DNA of 61,547 nucleotides, the filler included, from Chiloscyllium plagiosum (Eukaryota): the NCBI RefSeq assembly GCF_004010195.1. It is 5 parts of one record of this genome, joined end to end, with 100 filler letters (N's around TTAATTAATTAA, not from the genome) between each part and the next. Parts side by side here need not be neighbours in the genome. Positions count along the whole stretch, not along the records: positions 27,876 to 41,581 come from NC_057710.1; positions 41,682 to 52,660 come from NC_057710.1; 3 more parts are not named here. The stretch is one strand, 5' to 3'. The translations under genes and the position numbers were made by a program. Positions 37,340 to 49,990 of this stretch are shown in pieces (position 1 is the stretch's first letter; every line of letters begins with the position of its first letter). The notes under the pieces were generated by a model. That model saw only the letters and a list, made by a program, of their open reading frames with translations. It was not told the DNA's origin and ran no database searches.

Positions 37340-38480
37340 TGTCTAGAATAATATATTCATACACAAGCTCTGTTCTTTGCAGATGGAAAGATTACGTACA
37401 TACAACATACCTGTTACAGTGCAACAAAATAAGTGCCAACCATTCACTGGTTAATTTCCTGAAAATGCCCTAATCAATCAGATCTAACCTACCTGCTTTA
37501 AAATTTAAGCAAAGCCTGGGAGTTAACTGTCAGTTAGCAGTAATATATGCATTTTCCATGACAAAGCCTCAACCAATCAGCGTTCTCCCATATGCAATAA
37601 AAGTGTTTCCTCTTGAAATAATTTCCCCTTGAACTGGTATTCTTGCAAATTGTTCTGATGATTCCAAAATGTAAAGCTATAACAAAATGTACTGCCCAGT
37701 TCTACCTCCTATCCAAAATTCACAAACCTGACTGCCCCGGTCTCATCATGGTCAAACGTAGTAACCTCTGCAGAAAGGCTAAGATGGAAGAGTAGAGAGA
37801 ATTCTTCACTCAGTCACAGTGAATTTCAGCAAAAGTCATTTTGCTGCTTTGAAAAGGACAAAAATCGTGCACAAGAGGTTGAGCACAGATTTGTGGAAAT
37901 AGTGTACCTATGGTAGGGCACATTCATTTGAGGACCTTGGAAAGATTAAAAAAAAGAAATTCTATATTGGTGACGGTGGAAGAATTAAGCATGGTATTCT
38001 TAATTGCAGTAATCGTGATCTTAAAGTGGAGGAATGAGAGACAATTCTGTTAAACTTTCCATCCCAGCCCCCTCATATGCCTCCCCTCATATTTTCTTCT
38101 GCAGCATGGAAGTATTGCTGTCATTTGTCTACTGTAATATTTTATCTTATTGATTTTACTGTGTGTTAAAGCATTAGAGTCCCTTAAAATGCATTTGTCG
38201 AGATTTGATTTTCGAATAGCCTTGGAATCTTTCATGTTAGTAAATGATATTGCCAATTCAAGACTGAAGCCTAGAGGACAGAAGAATTGGTGGATAAGGA
38301 TTTGCTTTTGAAATGATAAGTTAAAGTGGTGGTCTTGTTTATCAAGAAAAAGTTTTAATTTTTTTGCTGTGATTTTTCTGAAAGGTTTGCAGATTGTCAA
38401 AAAAATCACCAGACGACTGTTGCACATGTAAAACGTGTATCATTATCAGCATTTTAGTACTATGTTCAGAGTGTTGTATA

Positions 38481-38704
38481 GGTAAAAACAATGACTGCAG
38501 ATGCTGGAAACCAGATTCTGGATTAGTGGTGCTGGAAGAGCACAGCAGTTCAGGCAGCATCCGAGGAGCAGTAAAATCGACATTTCGGGCGAAAGCCCTT
38601 CATCAGGAATACAGTTGAAGGGCTTTTACCCGAAATGTCGATTTTACTGCTCCTCGGATGCTGCCTGAACTGCTGTGCTCTTCCAGCACCACTAATCCAG
38701 AATC
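38481..38704 (-). mobile_element. Penelope-derived hairpin insertion (89-bp arms)
   Basis: Arms 38514-38602 and 38616-38704 with two mismatches; TGTTGTATA repeated at 38472-38480 and 38709-38717. Confidence 0.82.
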
Positions 38705-38827
38705 AAAATGTTGTATATAGTACAAATAATTTCAAGAATAATATGGGTATTTCGTCAGCATTTATTGCATCGTTATTTGAGTTATTTACAGCTATCTGTC
38801 AAAACAATTTGTTTTTACTTTTTACAG

Positions 38828-38900
38828 TGCTATATCAGAAGAAGAAAAATCCTCATTGCGAGCAGGGCTTATTGCAAATTTTAACGAACCAGTGAATCAG
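38828..38900 (+). CDS. IPO11: Importin-11 next internal exon
   Basis: Acceptor TTTTACAG|, donor CAG|GTTGGT; 73 nt, phase-compatible with the previous exon; (H)AISEEEKSSLRAGLIANFNEPVNQ. Confidence 0.93.
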
Positions 38901-40529
38901 GTTGGTGATGTGATTTCACACTGATTTCTAAGGATTATTTATTTGGGACAGTTCTTTCTTTTACATGGAAGAAATTGCATTGCCATTTTGTCAGCATTTA
39001 AGCGAGGAAGAAAATTGTGATAAATGGCTATCTCACAGTTGTGCCAGTAAAGACTGCCTCATTCGGCCAAATGAGAAATAATACAAAATTACAAGTATGC
39101 TGCAATCATCTTAAATGGTGACATTTCTATGATTCGTAATGTGTTTGCGTATATCTACACATACAGAAGCGCTTAAGTCAAAATACCTGGTGTAGAAAGA
39201 GAACTAGGCGAATATGAATAGTTGAATATTGTTATTTTTCTGATTCCTTGGTAACTACAATCACCATGCCTGCTTATGTGTGTGTGAATACATATAAGAT
39301 TGTAAAAGTCATATTCTTCAATAACTAGTTTCACATTATAGCTTCTAATATGTTGGGTGAACATTTAATTCACTATAGCTTTGTGCTGGCTACTGATGGT
39401 TTAAAAATCAGTGGCAGTCTCTGGGCCCTGCATTGTCGCCTTTTGGCTGTATGTGGCAGTCTGTCGGCTTGGCATGGCCTCGCCTTGGACTTCCAGTCTC
39501 AAGGTGGTTCTCTGAAGTACAGTCCCACTGTAGCTAAGCATTTAAGAAAGACTGCAATGTTTGACCTTTTAGCTTTATTTCTTTGTTTTCCACTTAAAAC
39601 TAAGAAGATCTGCAGTGTGTAACTTTTAACCTTATTTCGTATGTTTTGCACTCTGATTATGTTTAACTTTCAACTTTGTTCTTTCTTTCTTCCTTGTTTT
39701 ATGAGATTCTGTACCTAGGTTCTTGTACCTAATATGGTGCCTTGTATGGCAATACTATATATTTTTCACTGTACTGCAGTATTTTTGTATTGAGTACACG
39801 TCACACTAAAATTACATCAATCAAAATGATTGCCTAGTTACTCTGTTTGTTACCATTGTTATCCCTTGATGCTGCCACTTCAAATATATTGTACATTGAC
39901 ATTACCAAAACCTTCTTGCCAGCAATGTTAATAAATGACCAGGTAATTATTTAATTGAGAAGAATTACATTTTTATTGCTGTTTTGTTATGACCTAGATG
40001 TGAGGACTGTGCTGTCTTTTTCTAGTTAACATCAATTTAATGATTTTACCTGGCTCTTAATATGGTCAATAGAATTATTTTTTATGAAACTTAAAATATA
40101 AAGATCTATCAGCCAGCTTTCTTTAATGAGCACTAATATATTGATTTATTTTCAAACAAAACTTATTCCATGAAATACCAAACTGGTTAATGCACTTTGT
40201 AATATGAAAATGTCAATGTTTATCCCTATAGATAACGTGTGTGTGTGTGTGTGCACAAACAGAGGTAAAAGTGAAAAAGTAATTCACTTTGGGAAATAAG
40301 CATTTTTAACCAGTAAGTCTTCGTTCTTGAAGGGGAAAGGGTTCAGATGTTTTCAGGTGTACAGATGACTGTCTGATGTTCTTGCATATGGAGGCAGAGA
40401 GGCATCATCAAACATGGGCAGCTACTTCTGTGATCTTGGCAGATGCAACTTGTTTAGGAAATGCAGAATTGAAAAGTCTTTCAGTCAGGTCATAAAGGAC
40501 AATCAGGTCTGCGAGGCGGCCAGGTCTGT

Positions 40530-41581
40530 CAATCAAAAGTTGGCGTGGAGGCAGGGCGGAAGAGTCGGACGTCGCACAGAGCCGTGGTAGTAGGGGACTC
40601 CATTGTGAGAGGAACTGACCGGGGTTTTTGTGGCAGTAGGCAGGACTTAAGGATGGTGTGTTGCCTTCCTGGTGCCAGGGTTAAAGACATCACAGACAGA
40701 GTGCAGGACATCCTCAAGGACGAAGGTGAAGAGTCAGAGGTGGTACATGTCGGCACAAATGATGTCGGGAAGAAGAGGAAGAACATTTTACAGCGGGACT
40801 TCGGAGAACTAGGAAGAAGGCTGAAAAGCAGGACGTCCAAAGTGGTTATTTCTGGTTTGCTTCCAGTTCCTCGGGCTGGTGAAGCCAGAAACAGGGAGAT
40901 AATGAACTTGAACGTGTGGCTGGGGAACTGATGCAGGAAGCAAGGATTTAAATTCTTGGATCACTGGGGTATGTTTTGTGGTAAGCATAAATTATATAAG
41001 AGAGACGGTTTGCGCCTTAATAGGTTAGGGACCAGCATTCTGGCAGGCAGGTTTGCTACTGCAACACAGCTACGTTTAAACTAAGTAGCTGGGGGGAGGG
41101 GACAAACTGGATGTTTAAGAAGGAAATTGAAGGGAAAGTTAGAACAAGGGAAGTCAAGAAAGACAACTGTATCAATGAGGCAGAAAACTCAGAAAGGGAT
41201 CATGCTGTAAGGTTGAGTGAAATAGGAGTTGATGGGAAGGGTGAGGGCAGTAACAAATTAAAAATACTATACATGAATGCACGAAGCATTAGAAATAAGA
41301 TGGATGAGCTTGAGGCTCTTTTGGAAATCGGCAGCTACGATATTGTGGGGATTACTGAGACGTGGCTTCAAGTAGACAGGGCCTGGGAAATGAATTTTCA
41401 AGGCTATACATGCTATCGTAAGGACAGACTTATGGGCAGAGGGGGTGGGGTGGCCCTGCTGGTAAGGGATGATATTCAGTCCCTTGCGCCGGGGGACCTA
41501 GAGTCAGGAGATGTAGAGTCAGTGTGGATAGAGCTGAGAAATTGGACCTCAAGAAAGAGACTTTGTGGAGTGCCTCAGAGA
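40530..41581 (+). mobile_element. CR1 LINE (ORF1 esterase and start of APE), runs into the gap
   Basis: VVVGDSIVRG, HVGTND, LYMNARS, GITETW. Confidence 0.9.
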
Positions 41582-41681
41582 NNNNNNNNNNNNNNNNNNN
41601 NNNNNNNNNNNNNNNNNNNNNNNNNTTAATTAATTAANNNNNNNNNNNNNNNNNNNNNNNNNNNNNNNNNNNNNNNNNNNN
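41582..41681. other. Artificial contig spacer
   Basis: 44 N + TTAATTAATTAA + 44 N. Confidence 0.97.
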
Positions 41682-42093
41682 CTTGAGTTTAGAAGACTGA
41701 GAGGGGATCTGATTGAGACGTATAAGATTATTAAAGGATTGGACACTCTGGAGGCAGTAAACATGTTTCCACTGATGGGTGACTGTTGAACCAGAGGACA
41801 CAGCTTAAAAATACGGGATAGACCATTTAGGACAGAGATGAGGAGACACTTCTTCACCCAGAGAGTCGTAGCTCTGTGGAATGCTCTGCCTCAGAGGGCA
41901 GTGGAGGCCCAGTCTCTGGATTCATTTAAGGAAGAGTTGGATAGAGCTCTCAAGGATAGTGGAATCAAGTGTTATGGAGATAAGGCAGGAAGAGGATACT
42001 GATTAAGGATGATCAGCCATGATCATATTGAATGGTGGTGCAGGCTCAAAGGGCAGAATGGCCTACTCCTGCACCTATGGTCTATTGTCTATT
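41682..42093 (+). mobile_element. CR1 3' end
   Basis: LRGDLIETYKIIKG..FFTQRVVALWNALP; (CTATTGT)n tail. Confidence 0.88.
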
Positions 42094-42408
42094 AAAATTG
42101 TGGGCAATCTATCTTGCCACATGCAAATTTGTTGTCTTTCTCCTAAGAATAAGTTTGGTTTTGTGCATTTGATGATATTTGCATGCTGACTTCGTGGTTC
42201 TTAATTAATAAGCCAAAAAATGCAAATTTAATCTGGTTACTGGTTTCACTGACTATATCTTAAGAATGCTTGCAGCACACACATTTTCATTCTGGATAGG
42301 ATCTTCATTTCAATCATTGTTTCTGTTTGTATAGTTCTTTATGCAGACCTATTTTTTCAAATATTTCTTTATTGTGTTTAAAAGAAAATATGGTTTTCTA
42401 TCTTTCAG

Positions 42409-42637
42409 ACTTCTAGTTCAAATCTGACCACTTCAGGCGATGAAGATGAAATCAAGTGGGAGAAGGAAGGCTATGTATGTGCTGTTTGTCTGGATATTTT
42501 CTTCAGTCCACATATGTGTTATCCATGTCATCACATCTTTTGTGAGCCCTGTCTTCGGACTCTTGCAAAGGACAACCCCACCAATACGCCATGCCCCTTG
42601 TGTCGCACTGTCATCTCAAGAGTTTTTTTTCAAACAG
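42409..42637 (+). CDS. RNF180: RNF180 (Rines) E3 ligase, C3HC4 RING exon
   Basis: Acceptor TCTTTCAG|, donor G|GTATGT; 229 nt; ...[59 protein letters not shown], the RNF180-type RING. Confidence 0.93.
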
Positions 42638-44689
42638 GTATGTGATAAAATAAAACAGGTTTTCTGAGATTTGCCTTCCATGATTCAAAAAAACCCAGAT
42701 AAAAAAATTGCTCACCACTATCACCCTATCCTATAAGACCATACAAATTAGGAACAGGAGTAGGTCACTTAACCCCTCAAGTCTCTTCCCAATTCAATAA
42801 GATCATGACTGAACTGAGATGCCTCACCTCCACTTGCCTGCCCATTTCCCATAACTCTTGATTCACCTACTCATCAAGAATTTATCTGCTCGGCCTTAAA
42901 TGTATTGTGACTCTGCTGTCATAGTTCTTTGTGGCAAGGAGTTCCAAAGACACTCAACTCTCTAAGAAAATAAATTCCTCCTCATCTCAGTCTTAAACTG
43001 GTGCCTCTTTCTTCTGAAGCTTTATCCTTTGGTTGTAGACTCTGCCATATGGGGGAGCATTTTATCAGCCTCTCAAATTCCTTAAGAATCCTATATATCC
43101 TGCCAGAAAGTCAGTGGAGCCAATGTCGTTTATATCTTTCTGACAAAGTGAGAGGTAAGAGAAATCCTACAGAAATCACTATGTCAAATTGACATCAAAT
43201 CTTTTTCTGAACATCTATGAAATTGAAGATGTATAGGTGCTGGAAACCATCAGGTTTAATGCACCAGTGGAAGTATTAATGAGTGGATGGTTTTTACCCA
43301 TTGACTCCAGTAGAATGTCCAGGGTCACCTCAAGGTTAAATGATACAAATGCCATTGACTACTCGCTGTGCTATCATGGATGTATCCTGGGAACTAGCCA
43401 ATGGTGGACATAGGATAAACAACACTTGCAAGCAATTGGAGATGCAGTCAGTGCCAAGATTCTGAATAATTCTTTAAATCCCTGTACATTTGAGCCTCTT
43501 TGGAAGAGACTAAAAACAATTGTGGCACTGACTTTCTAATGGCAACCCCCAGCCCTTGCAGTCTCCAATCTCTATGTCTCCCAAAGTGAGCCTTAATGTT
43601 GCGCTGTCGTCAATAAGTTGTGTTTATCCTGCAGGTCAGGATACAGGAAATTTCCTCCTCTTACCCCACCCCTACCATCTTTACTGTCAAGAACTATATT
43701 AGGGTTGGATGGACTAGGACTTTATGAGATTTAAAACTGATGGGGATTCACACAACTTGAAGATTCCACATCTTAGCTGGGCTGAGTACCCATCTTACAC
43801 CCTATTACTATCAATACACTCAAGAATTTTCATCTTCATTTTGTTTTTTGGGAAATATTATCTTTGATCCAAATAAGTCGATTATTTAAAAAAAAACTTT
43901 AGCAAATAATCAATTAATTTCTCTTACTTTATTTAAGATTAAAATACGAATTACATGGCCTATTTGTTTCCTTCGACTGTGACCCCTGGTTTGGACTATC
44001 TGGTCATCCAGAAACTACCTTTCTGCATTTACCCTTTCTTGTGTTGTTAGAATTTTATAGGTTTCTATGAGACCTCCCAGCCCCCCATTATTCTAAACTC
44101 CAGTGAATATAATCCTAACTCATCAACTAAACCAGTACCCAGTAATATGCATCAAAATGTAAGTTTGTAAACTTTATACTTTTCTACCATTGACAATAAC
44201 TTGAATTTAACACTTTCCTTCAGAATTTTATTTTCTGATTTAGTCAAAAAACAAATTGACTTTTGATGAAGTATTTCAGTTTCCACTCAGTGATTGAAAA
44301 CAGTTCATTCAAGGAGTGAAAGCTTAAAATGTCAGTATTGCATAGCTGAATGGGTCTATATATTCACTTTGATCCATAACATAAGTACTGACTGAGGCTG
44401 ATGTGTATCTGATGTTCAGTTAGTGGTACTGCTCAGTCTGCAACATACATGTAGTTAGTATGTCACTGTACAAAAGTTCTCACATTAAATTTGAATTTGG
44501 CTATGTATGGTTTCCAATGTTTGCCATGTTCATTCCTTATCATGTTTGTGCTGCAAAGGAGTATTTTGATTGATTAGAGTGGTCATATAATTCCTGATTT
44601 TCAGTATATTCTGTTTGTCTGCTAGTTTAACAAGAATGCACTTTAAGCATCACCAATAAACGTATGAAATAAAATGCTCTTTTGGGAGC

Positions 44690-45400
44690 AGTATTGGAAG
44701 AGGCAATATGAATGAAATGATACAATTTTAAAGGGAGTGCATGAATGAATGAACTGGAAGTTTTGTATGCAATGTATTAGGAAGTTAATGAGCTGTTTTT
44801 GTTTGAGAAAAAGAAAACAGGATCCTGGGTTTTATAAATAGAAGCATTTGTACAATAACAACACTGCAAAACCCATATAATCACTGTTTATATTCAATTT
44901 TGAGCACCCCATTTTAGGAAGGATATTAGTGCCTTGAAGGGGGTGAAAGGGACATTTACCAAAATTCAACTAATTATGAAGCACTTCCCTCATGCAGAGA
45001 AACTAGATTATTCTGTAAAGAGACTTGGAAATATGGGATTGTTCTCCTTAGAGCAGAGAAGGCTGGGAGAGATTTAATGCATGTGTTTAAAATTATAAAG
45101 GATTTGAATACACTAAATAAGGAGAAACAGTTTCTGCTGGGGAGTAGTTCAGTAATTAGAAGGCATTCCTTTAAGATATTTGGCTGAACAACCACAGAGA
45201 AGATTAGGAGAAACTGTTTCACACAGTTTGTTGTTATGGTCTCTTATGCACATCTTGAAAGAATGGTGTCAGCAAATTCTACATTAATTTTCAAAAGATT
45301 GTTGGGTCCATACCAGAAAAGGGGGGATAAATTTATGTCTCAGAGAAAGAGTGGCACAGTGGGACTAATTGGAAAGCTCTTTCAAAGAACTGGCACATTG
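44690..45400 (+). mobile_element. Decayed CR1 3' part
   Basis: LFSLEQRRLGG..VFKIIKG remnants. Confidence 0.65.
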
Positions 45401-46399
45401 GGCACAATTGGATAGGGCTGGTATCAAAGCACATTAATTAGTTTGCATCTGTTGTTGTTGATGCAGACTGCATGCAAACCTCAAGTTGCCTGAAATAGCT
45501 ACATGCTATTGAATGGGATTGAATGTTGAATGTGCTTCAGGGGCCAAAGTTGTGCGACCTTCCAGCACCACTTTCAGTCAGTCTGCAGTAGTTGAGCTGC
45601 ATTTGGCTGAAGCAAGTACCAGAATTGGTTGTAGAAGAGTGCGAGCAAGGTGATCATTGAATTGTAGTGCACAGGGAGTGACCATGATCCAGGGTTATTC
45701 CCTCTTGGTGAAGGACATGGATAAGATGAGAGAATTCATCAATCTACATGGAATCCACACTGTGCAAAGACAGCGAAAATCAGGCAGCTTTGAGTGATAT
45801 AGTCCAGACCAAGTAGAGATGGGAGCTTTCTTCCTGAAAGGACATTAGTGAACCAGATTCCCGGTTTGACAATGGATTCATGGTCATTTTTAGACTCTCA
45901 ATTCCAGACATTTATTGAATTCAAATTCAATCATCTGCTGTGTTGGGATTCGAACCAGGGTCTCCAGTACATTATCCAAGTTTCTGGATTAACATTCTAG
46001 CGATAATTGTAATAATAATAAGACCATCACCTCCCCTCTGCTTCGATTCTGTAGCTTTCTGCAGTCTCTGTTTAAATCACGTTCAGCTGCTGTATTCTTC
46101 ATTCCAATGTGTGTAACTTCACATTTCTCTACATTACATTCCATCGTTCAAGTTTTTGCTCACTTGCTTAACCCTGTCCTTATCCCTATCCAGACGCTTT
46201 CTGTCATTCTAACGACTTGCCTTCCCATCCATTTTCTTGTTATAGTACGTTCACTTTCCTAATCCAAATAATTAATCTATGTTGTTAGTAATTGTGGCCC
46301 CAGGACTACCTATTACTCCTGTATACAACACCATTGCAATGTTAACACATGCATCTTACAGTTTAAACACGTTGCCAACCATTCAACAGTGACGCACCC

Positions 46400-47255
46400 A
46401 AACACATGGATGAGTTTTAATGACATACCAACTAGGTCAGACTCTGCTGTATGTCTATCATGGAGAAGATGGTGTTTGACATTATTGGAATAATTATATC
46501 TCATGCTGCGGCTGGTAGTCAGTGTGAACTCATTGAAGATGACAGTGGTGAAATCTTATGTGCAACTGGCCGACACAATGTTTGGCCAAGTGTGTGCAGG
46601 GAGCGTTTGTGGTGTCAGGGTTTGGTTGGATGACAGCAAATGAGGGAAGATGTTGCAGGTTATAATGAGAGTGGTAGAGCTTGAACCTTGGTGGGAAGTG
46701 GGTACAGTAGCAGAGATAGAATGAGTGTGAGGCATTGGAGAGAAGATGGTGACATTTATGCTGTCAGACTGAAGACTGTCACTGGATACAGTGCTGTGCA
46801 TTCCTTCAGTTGCTGAGAGTACTCTAACATATGTGGCACTCTCAGCCTAGGCTGGCAATGTCTGGTTTCATGGCCCCCATTCCTGGTCATGGGGGAAGAG
46901 GAAGTTCCACATCTTTGCCACTCATTCACAAACACAGTCAGGTCCCTGCTTATATAGCAGGGTCTCAATTTCTCCCTGTCTGCCATGTCCACAGCAAACA
47001 TCAGGTGCAGTGTGGTGTGGCTGCAGACTGACAGTCATTGTCTGGGTGCACAACAGATTGTTTAAGGAAGGCACATATAGGTGTAAGTCTTGCTAGATCT
47101 GCCGGCGGATATCTGCAGAGTGACCAGTTGTTCCGAGAATGGAGTTTGGCAAAATGGAGCAACATGAGGGAATCAAAGGCCAGGAAAGGCAGTTAATGAA
47201 GTGCATTTGGTCAGACACAGCGAGAAATTTTACAGGGAGAATCCCTCCAAAATAC
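46400..47255 (-). mobile_element. Second PIF/Harbinger-like relic (Myb/SANT-like remnant)
   Basis: Minus strand MADREKLRPCYISRDLTVFVNE..QTLPA*AESATYVRVLSAT..RNAQHC; nucleotide similarity to 19850-20170. Confidence 0.55.
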
Positions 47256-48038
47256 CCGACACAATTCACATTTAACCCAAAAAAAAGTAAGATTCAGCCC
47301 AAGGACATTAAATTTGTTTTCTATATCTTTTTTGGGAATAATCATTAACTTATGTAATTCTAAAAGATCTGTGTAGAATACATTCTTTATTTTCTTTCTC
47401 AATCCTGAAGCATTTGATTATTAGTTGCACGTTCATTTTCCAAGTTCTCCATTCATCATGAATGACGCTGGATGATGAATCTCAGCAAGCCACTTAACTA
47501 TGAGCAGGCATCCCTGTGTACACCCAATGTCATGTACACTTTCACTGACAATAGATGTCACTGGATAGTTATAAGGAACGTGAACCATAGCTACTTTGCT
47601 TCCACAGACTCAGGGTCTGAAGCGATCTGTTATGATTTGCCACCATCCAAGCTGAGATCCATCAAGTGAGTATAAACTAAGGATTGGACCTGGAATCTAC
47701 ATGTGTCAGTTACTCATTGATCTGAAAACCATCAAGGAAACCCTAAAGAATTTGAAGCCATCTTGCTAACCTTTCCCGTTCTCGTACAATATTGCTCCAC
47801 ATTACTGAATATTTATGTTTAGCATAACCCTGAGTAAATCTCTCTTTGACTTTCCCTTGTTATTAGTTGGAAATTGGCTTCCTTTCACTATATAGCTCCC
47901 TGCAGCAGCACATTTGAGGCTGAGGACTCTGTGTGACATTTTAATTAACACTGACTACTTCAGAGATTGACATTTACATGTACCTAACTAATCATTACCA
48001 GCAACTTTTAATTTCTTGTATTCTTCTCTGCTTTACAG

Positions 48039-48164
48039 AGTTGAATAACACCATGAAAAGTTTATTCTCTGAGGAGTATTTAGCCCGAAGGCAAAACTTC
48101 CAAAAAGCAAGCTGTGCAAAGTGGCCGTTACCTAGCTGCAGGAGATTGTTCAGAGTCTTGGGAG
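48039..48164 (+). CDS. RNF180: RNF180 post-RING exon
   Basis: Acceptor CTTTACAG|, donor G|GTAAGA; 126 nt, phase 1/1; (E)LNNTMKSLFSEEYLARRQNFQKASCAKWPLPSCRRLFRVLG with the RNF180 AKWPLPSC motif. Confidence 0.92.
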
Positions 48165-48499
48165 GTAAGACAATATTTCAGTACTTCAGATATTTGCAAA
48201 CAATTACTTAAACTTTAACCACTATTTAGAACCAATTTTGAAGTTTTATACTTCAAAAGTTAAGGAATAAAAATTTAATGTGACCCTCACTAATGTAAAC
48301 ATTTTATAATTTCCTTTGCCTTACCGTTACTAAAGCACATGGGATTGGGGGTCATGTATTGAGAGGGATAGAAAATTGGTTGGCAGGCAGGAATCAGAGT
48401 AGGAATGAAAGGGTCCTTTTCTGAGTGGCAGGCAGTTACTCGTGGGATACTGCAGAGATCAGTACTAGGACTCCAAATATTCACAATATATCAGAGAAT

Positions 48500-48718
48500 C
48501 ATAGAATCCCTACAGTGTGGAAGCAGGCCATTTGCCCTATCAAGTCCACACCAACTCTCTGAAGACCATCCCACCCAGACCTACCCCATCCCTGTAATCC
48601 TGTATTTCCCATGCCTCATCCACCTAACCTGAACATCTTTGAACTATGGGAGGAAATTGGAACACCCAAACCTTGGCTCTGTGAGGCAGCAGTGCCAACC
48701 ACTGACACACTGTGTTGG
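48500..48718 (-). mobile_element. HE1-type SINE, internally deleted
   Basis: Head and tail present, middle missing. Confidence 0.7.
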
Positions 48719-48719
48719 C

Positions 48720-49990
48720 AGAAATATGTCATCAGAAGCTCATCTTGAAATCAAGATTTCCCAGTGTACGGATTCTGTTTTAGACCTTTGATGATTGGAG
48801 CAGTAGCAAAGGAATGGTGTTTGAAGAATGGACAAAAGCAATGGCCTCAGTCTTCCCAATATTTAACTGGAGGAAGTATCTGTTCTGTCGATGCTGAATG
48901 TCAGATAAGCAGCCTGCTAAGTTAGCAACAATAGAGGAGTCAAAAGAAGCATTGAGGAAATAGAACTGGATGTCATCAACATACATGTGGAACTAATGCT
49001 CTGCTTTCTGATGATGTCACAGAGGTGTAGTATATAGATGAGAAATAGGAGAGAACTAAAGACAGATCTTTGAAAGACATGAGAGGAGGTAACCTGGGAA
49101 TGGGAAGAGAAGATATTGTGTGATGCTTTCGTTACAATTGGAGGGAATTGATGTGCTCACACATGTAAAAAGTGACAGACAAGTTGCAAAGGAGGGATAA
49201 TTACTGTGGTCAAAAATGCACAGTTATCATTTACAATCTTGATAAAAAAAAACGTTTTAGTACTATGTAAAGGACAGAAACCAGCTTGAACTTTTTGAGG
49301 AGAGGGTGATGACAACAGATTTAAAGGAATGGGGCAAATCTGATGAACCATTAACAAAAATCAGCGAATGTGGGGTCTGGGGGAATTGGATAGTCAGCAG
49401 TTTAGTGCGAGGTGGACCAAGAGAACAGGAAGTCAGTCTGTTGGACAAGAGAAACTCAGAGAATACATAGGAGGAGATTGGAGAGAAACTAGAGAAAAAT
49501 ACAAGCAGGGGGCATCTTTAGAGGAAGGTTGACTGGGCGGGTTAGTGTGTGGGAGAGTCATGGCAGAGGCAGCTGATAGAATGGACTCAGGGATGCTCAA
49601 GAGGGTGGAATCAGACCAGCACTGGTTTACCTGAGGGTGGTAGCTCCAAAGAAGATTAAAGATAAGGAGGAATGGGGAGGAATTTGAAAGGGATTTGCAG
49701 GTTAGCAGTATGAATAGAATATTGAGTCAGCAGATTTTTTTTGTGGAGGATGGAAGCTAGGAGTTAGATTAGGTGGAATAGTCAAGTGTATTGGTAACTA
49801 AGGCAATGTTGAGTGTTTCAGCGGCAGATGAGTTGAAGTAGGGCCATGGAAACACAAATATGCAATCTTACTGATGGCATGAAGGTCAGCTTGGGTTCAA
49901 GATGATACAATATGATGTCAAGGCATTGAATAGCCTGGTTCAACCTAAGTAGAGGAGTGGTTTTGTAGAGTTTGTGGTGGATCTGAAAGA
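48720..49990 (-). mobile_element. L2-clade LINE RT fragment
   Basis: MYVDDIQFYF..LAGCLSDIQH..FLQLNIGKTEAI (YADD..LSDI..LN.KTE pattern); QAGFCPLHSTKT. Confidence 0.8.

Noticed and set aside
45740..45775. FINLHGIHTVQ as a Harbinger transposase motif (cf. FINRKGFHSLNVQ)
   Set aside because: Too short and degenerate to support without an HMM search.
36778..48164. IPO11-RNF180 fusion gene (exon phases 0/0 are compatible)
   Set aside because: An artificial spacer lies between them and most exons of both genes are missing; no evidence of true adjacency.
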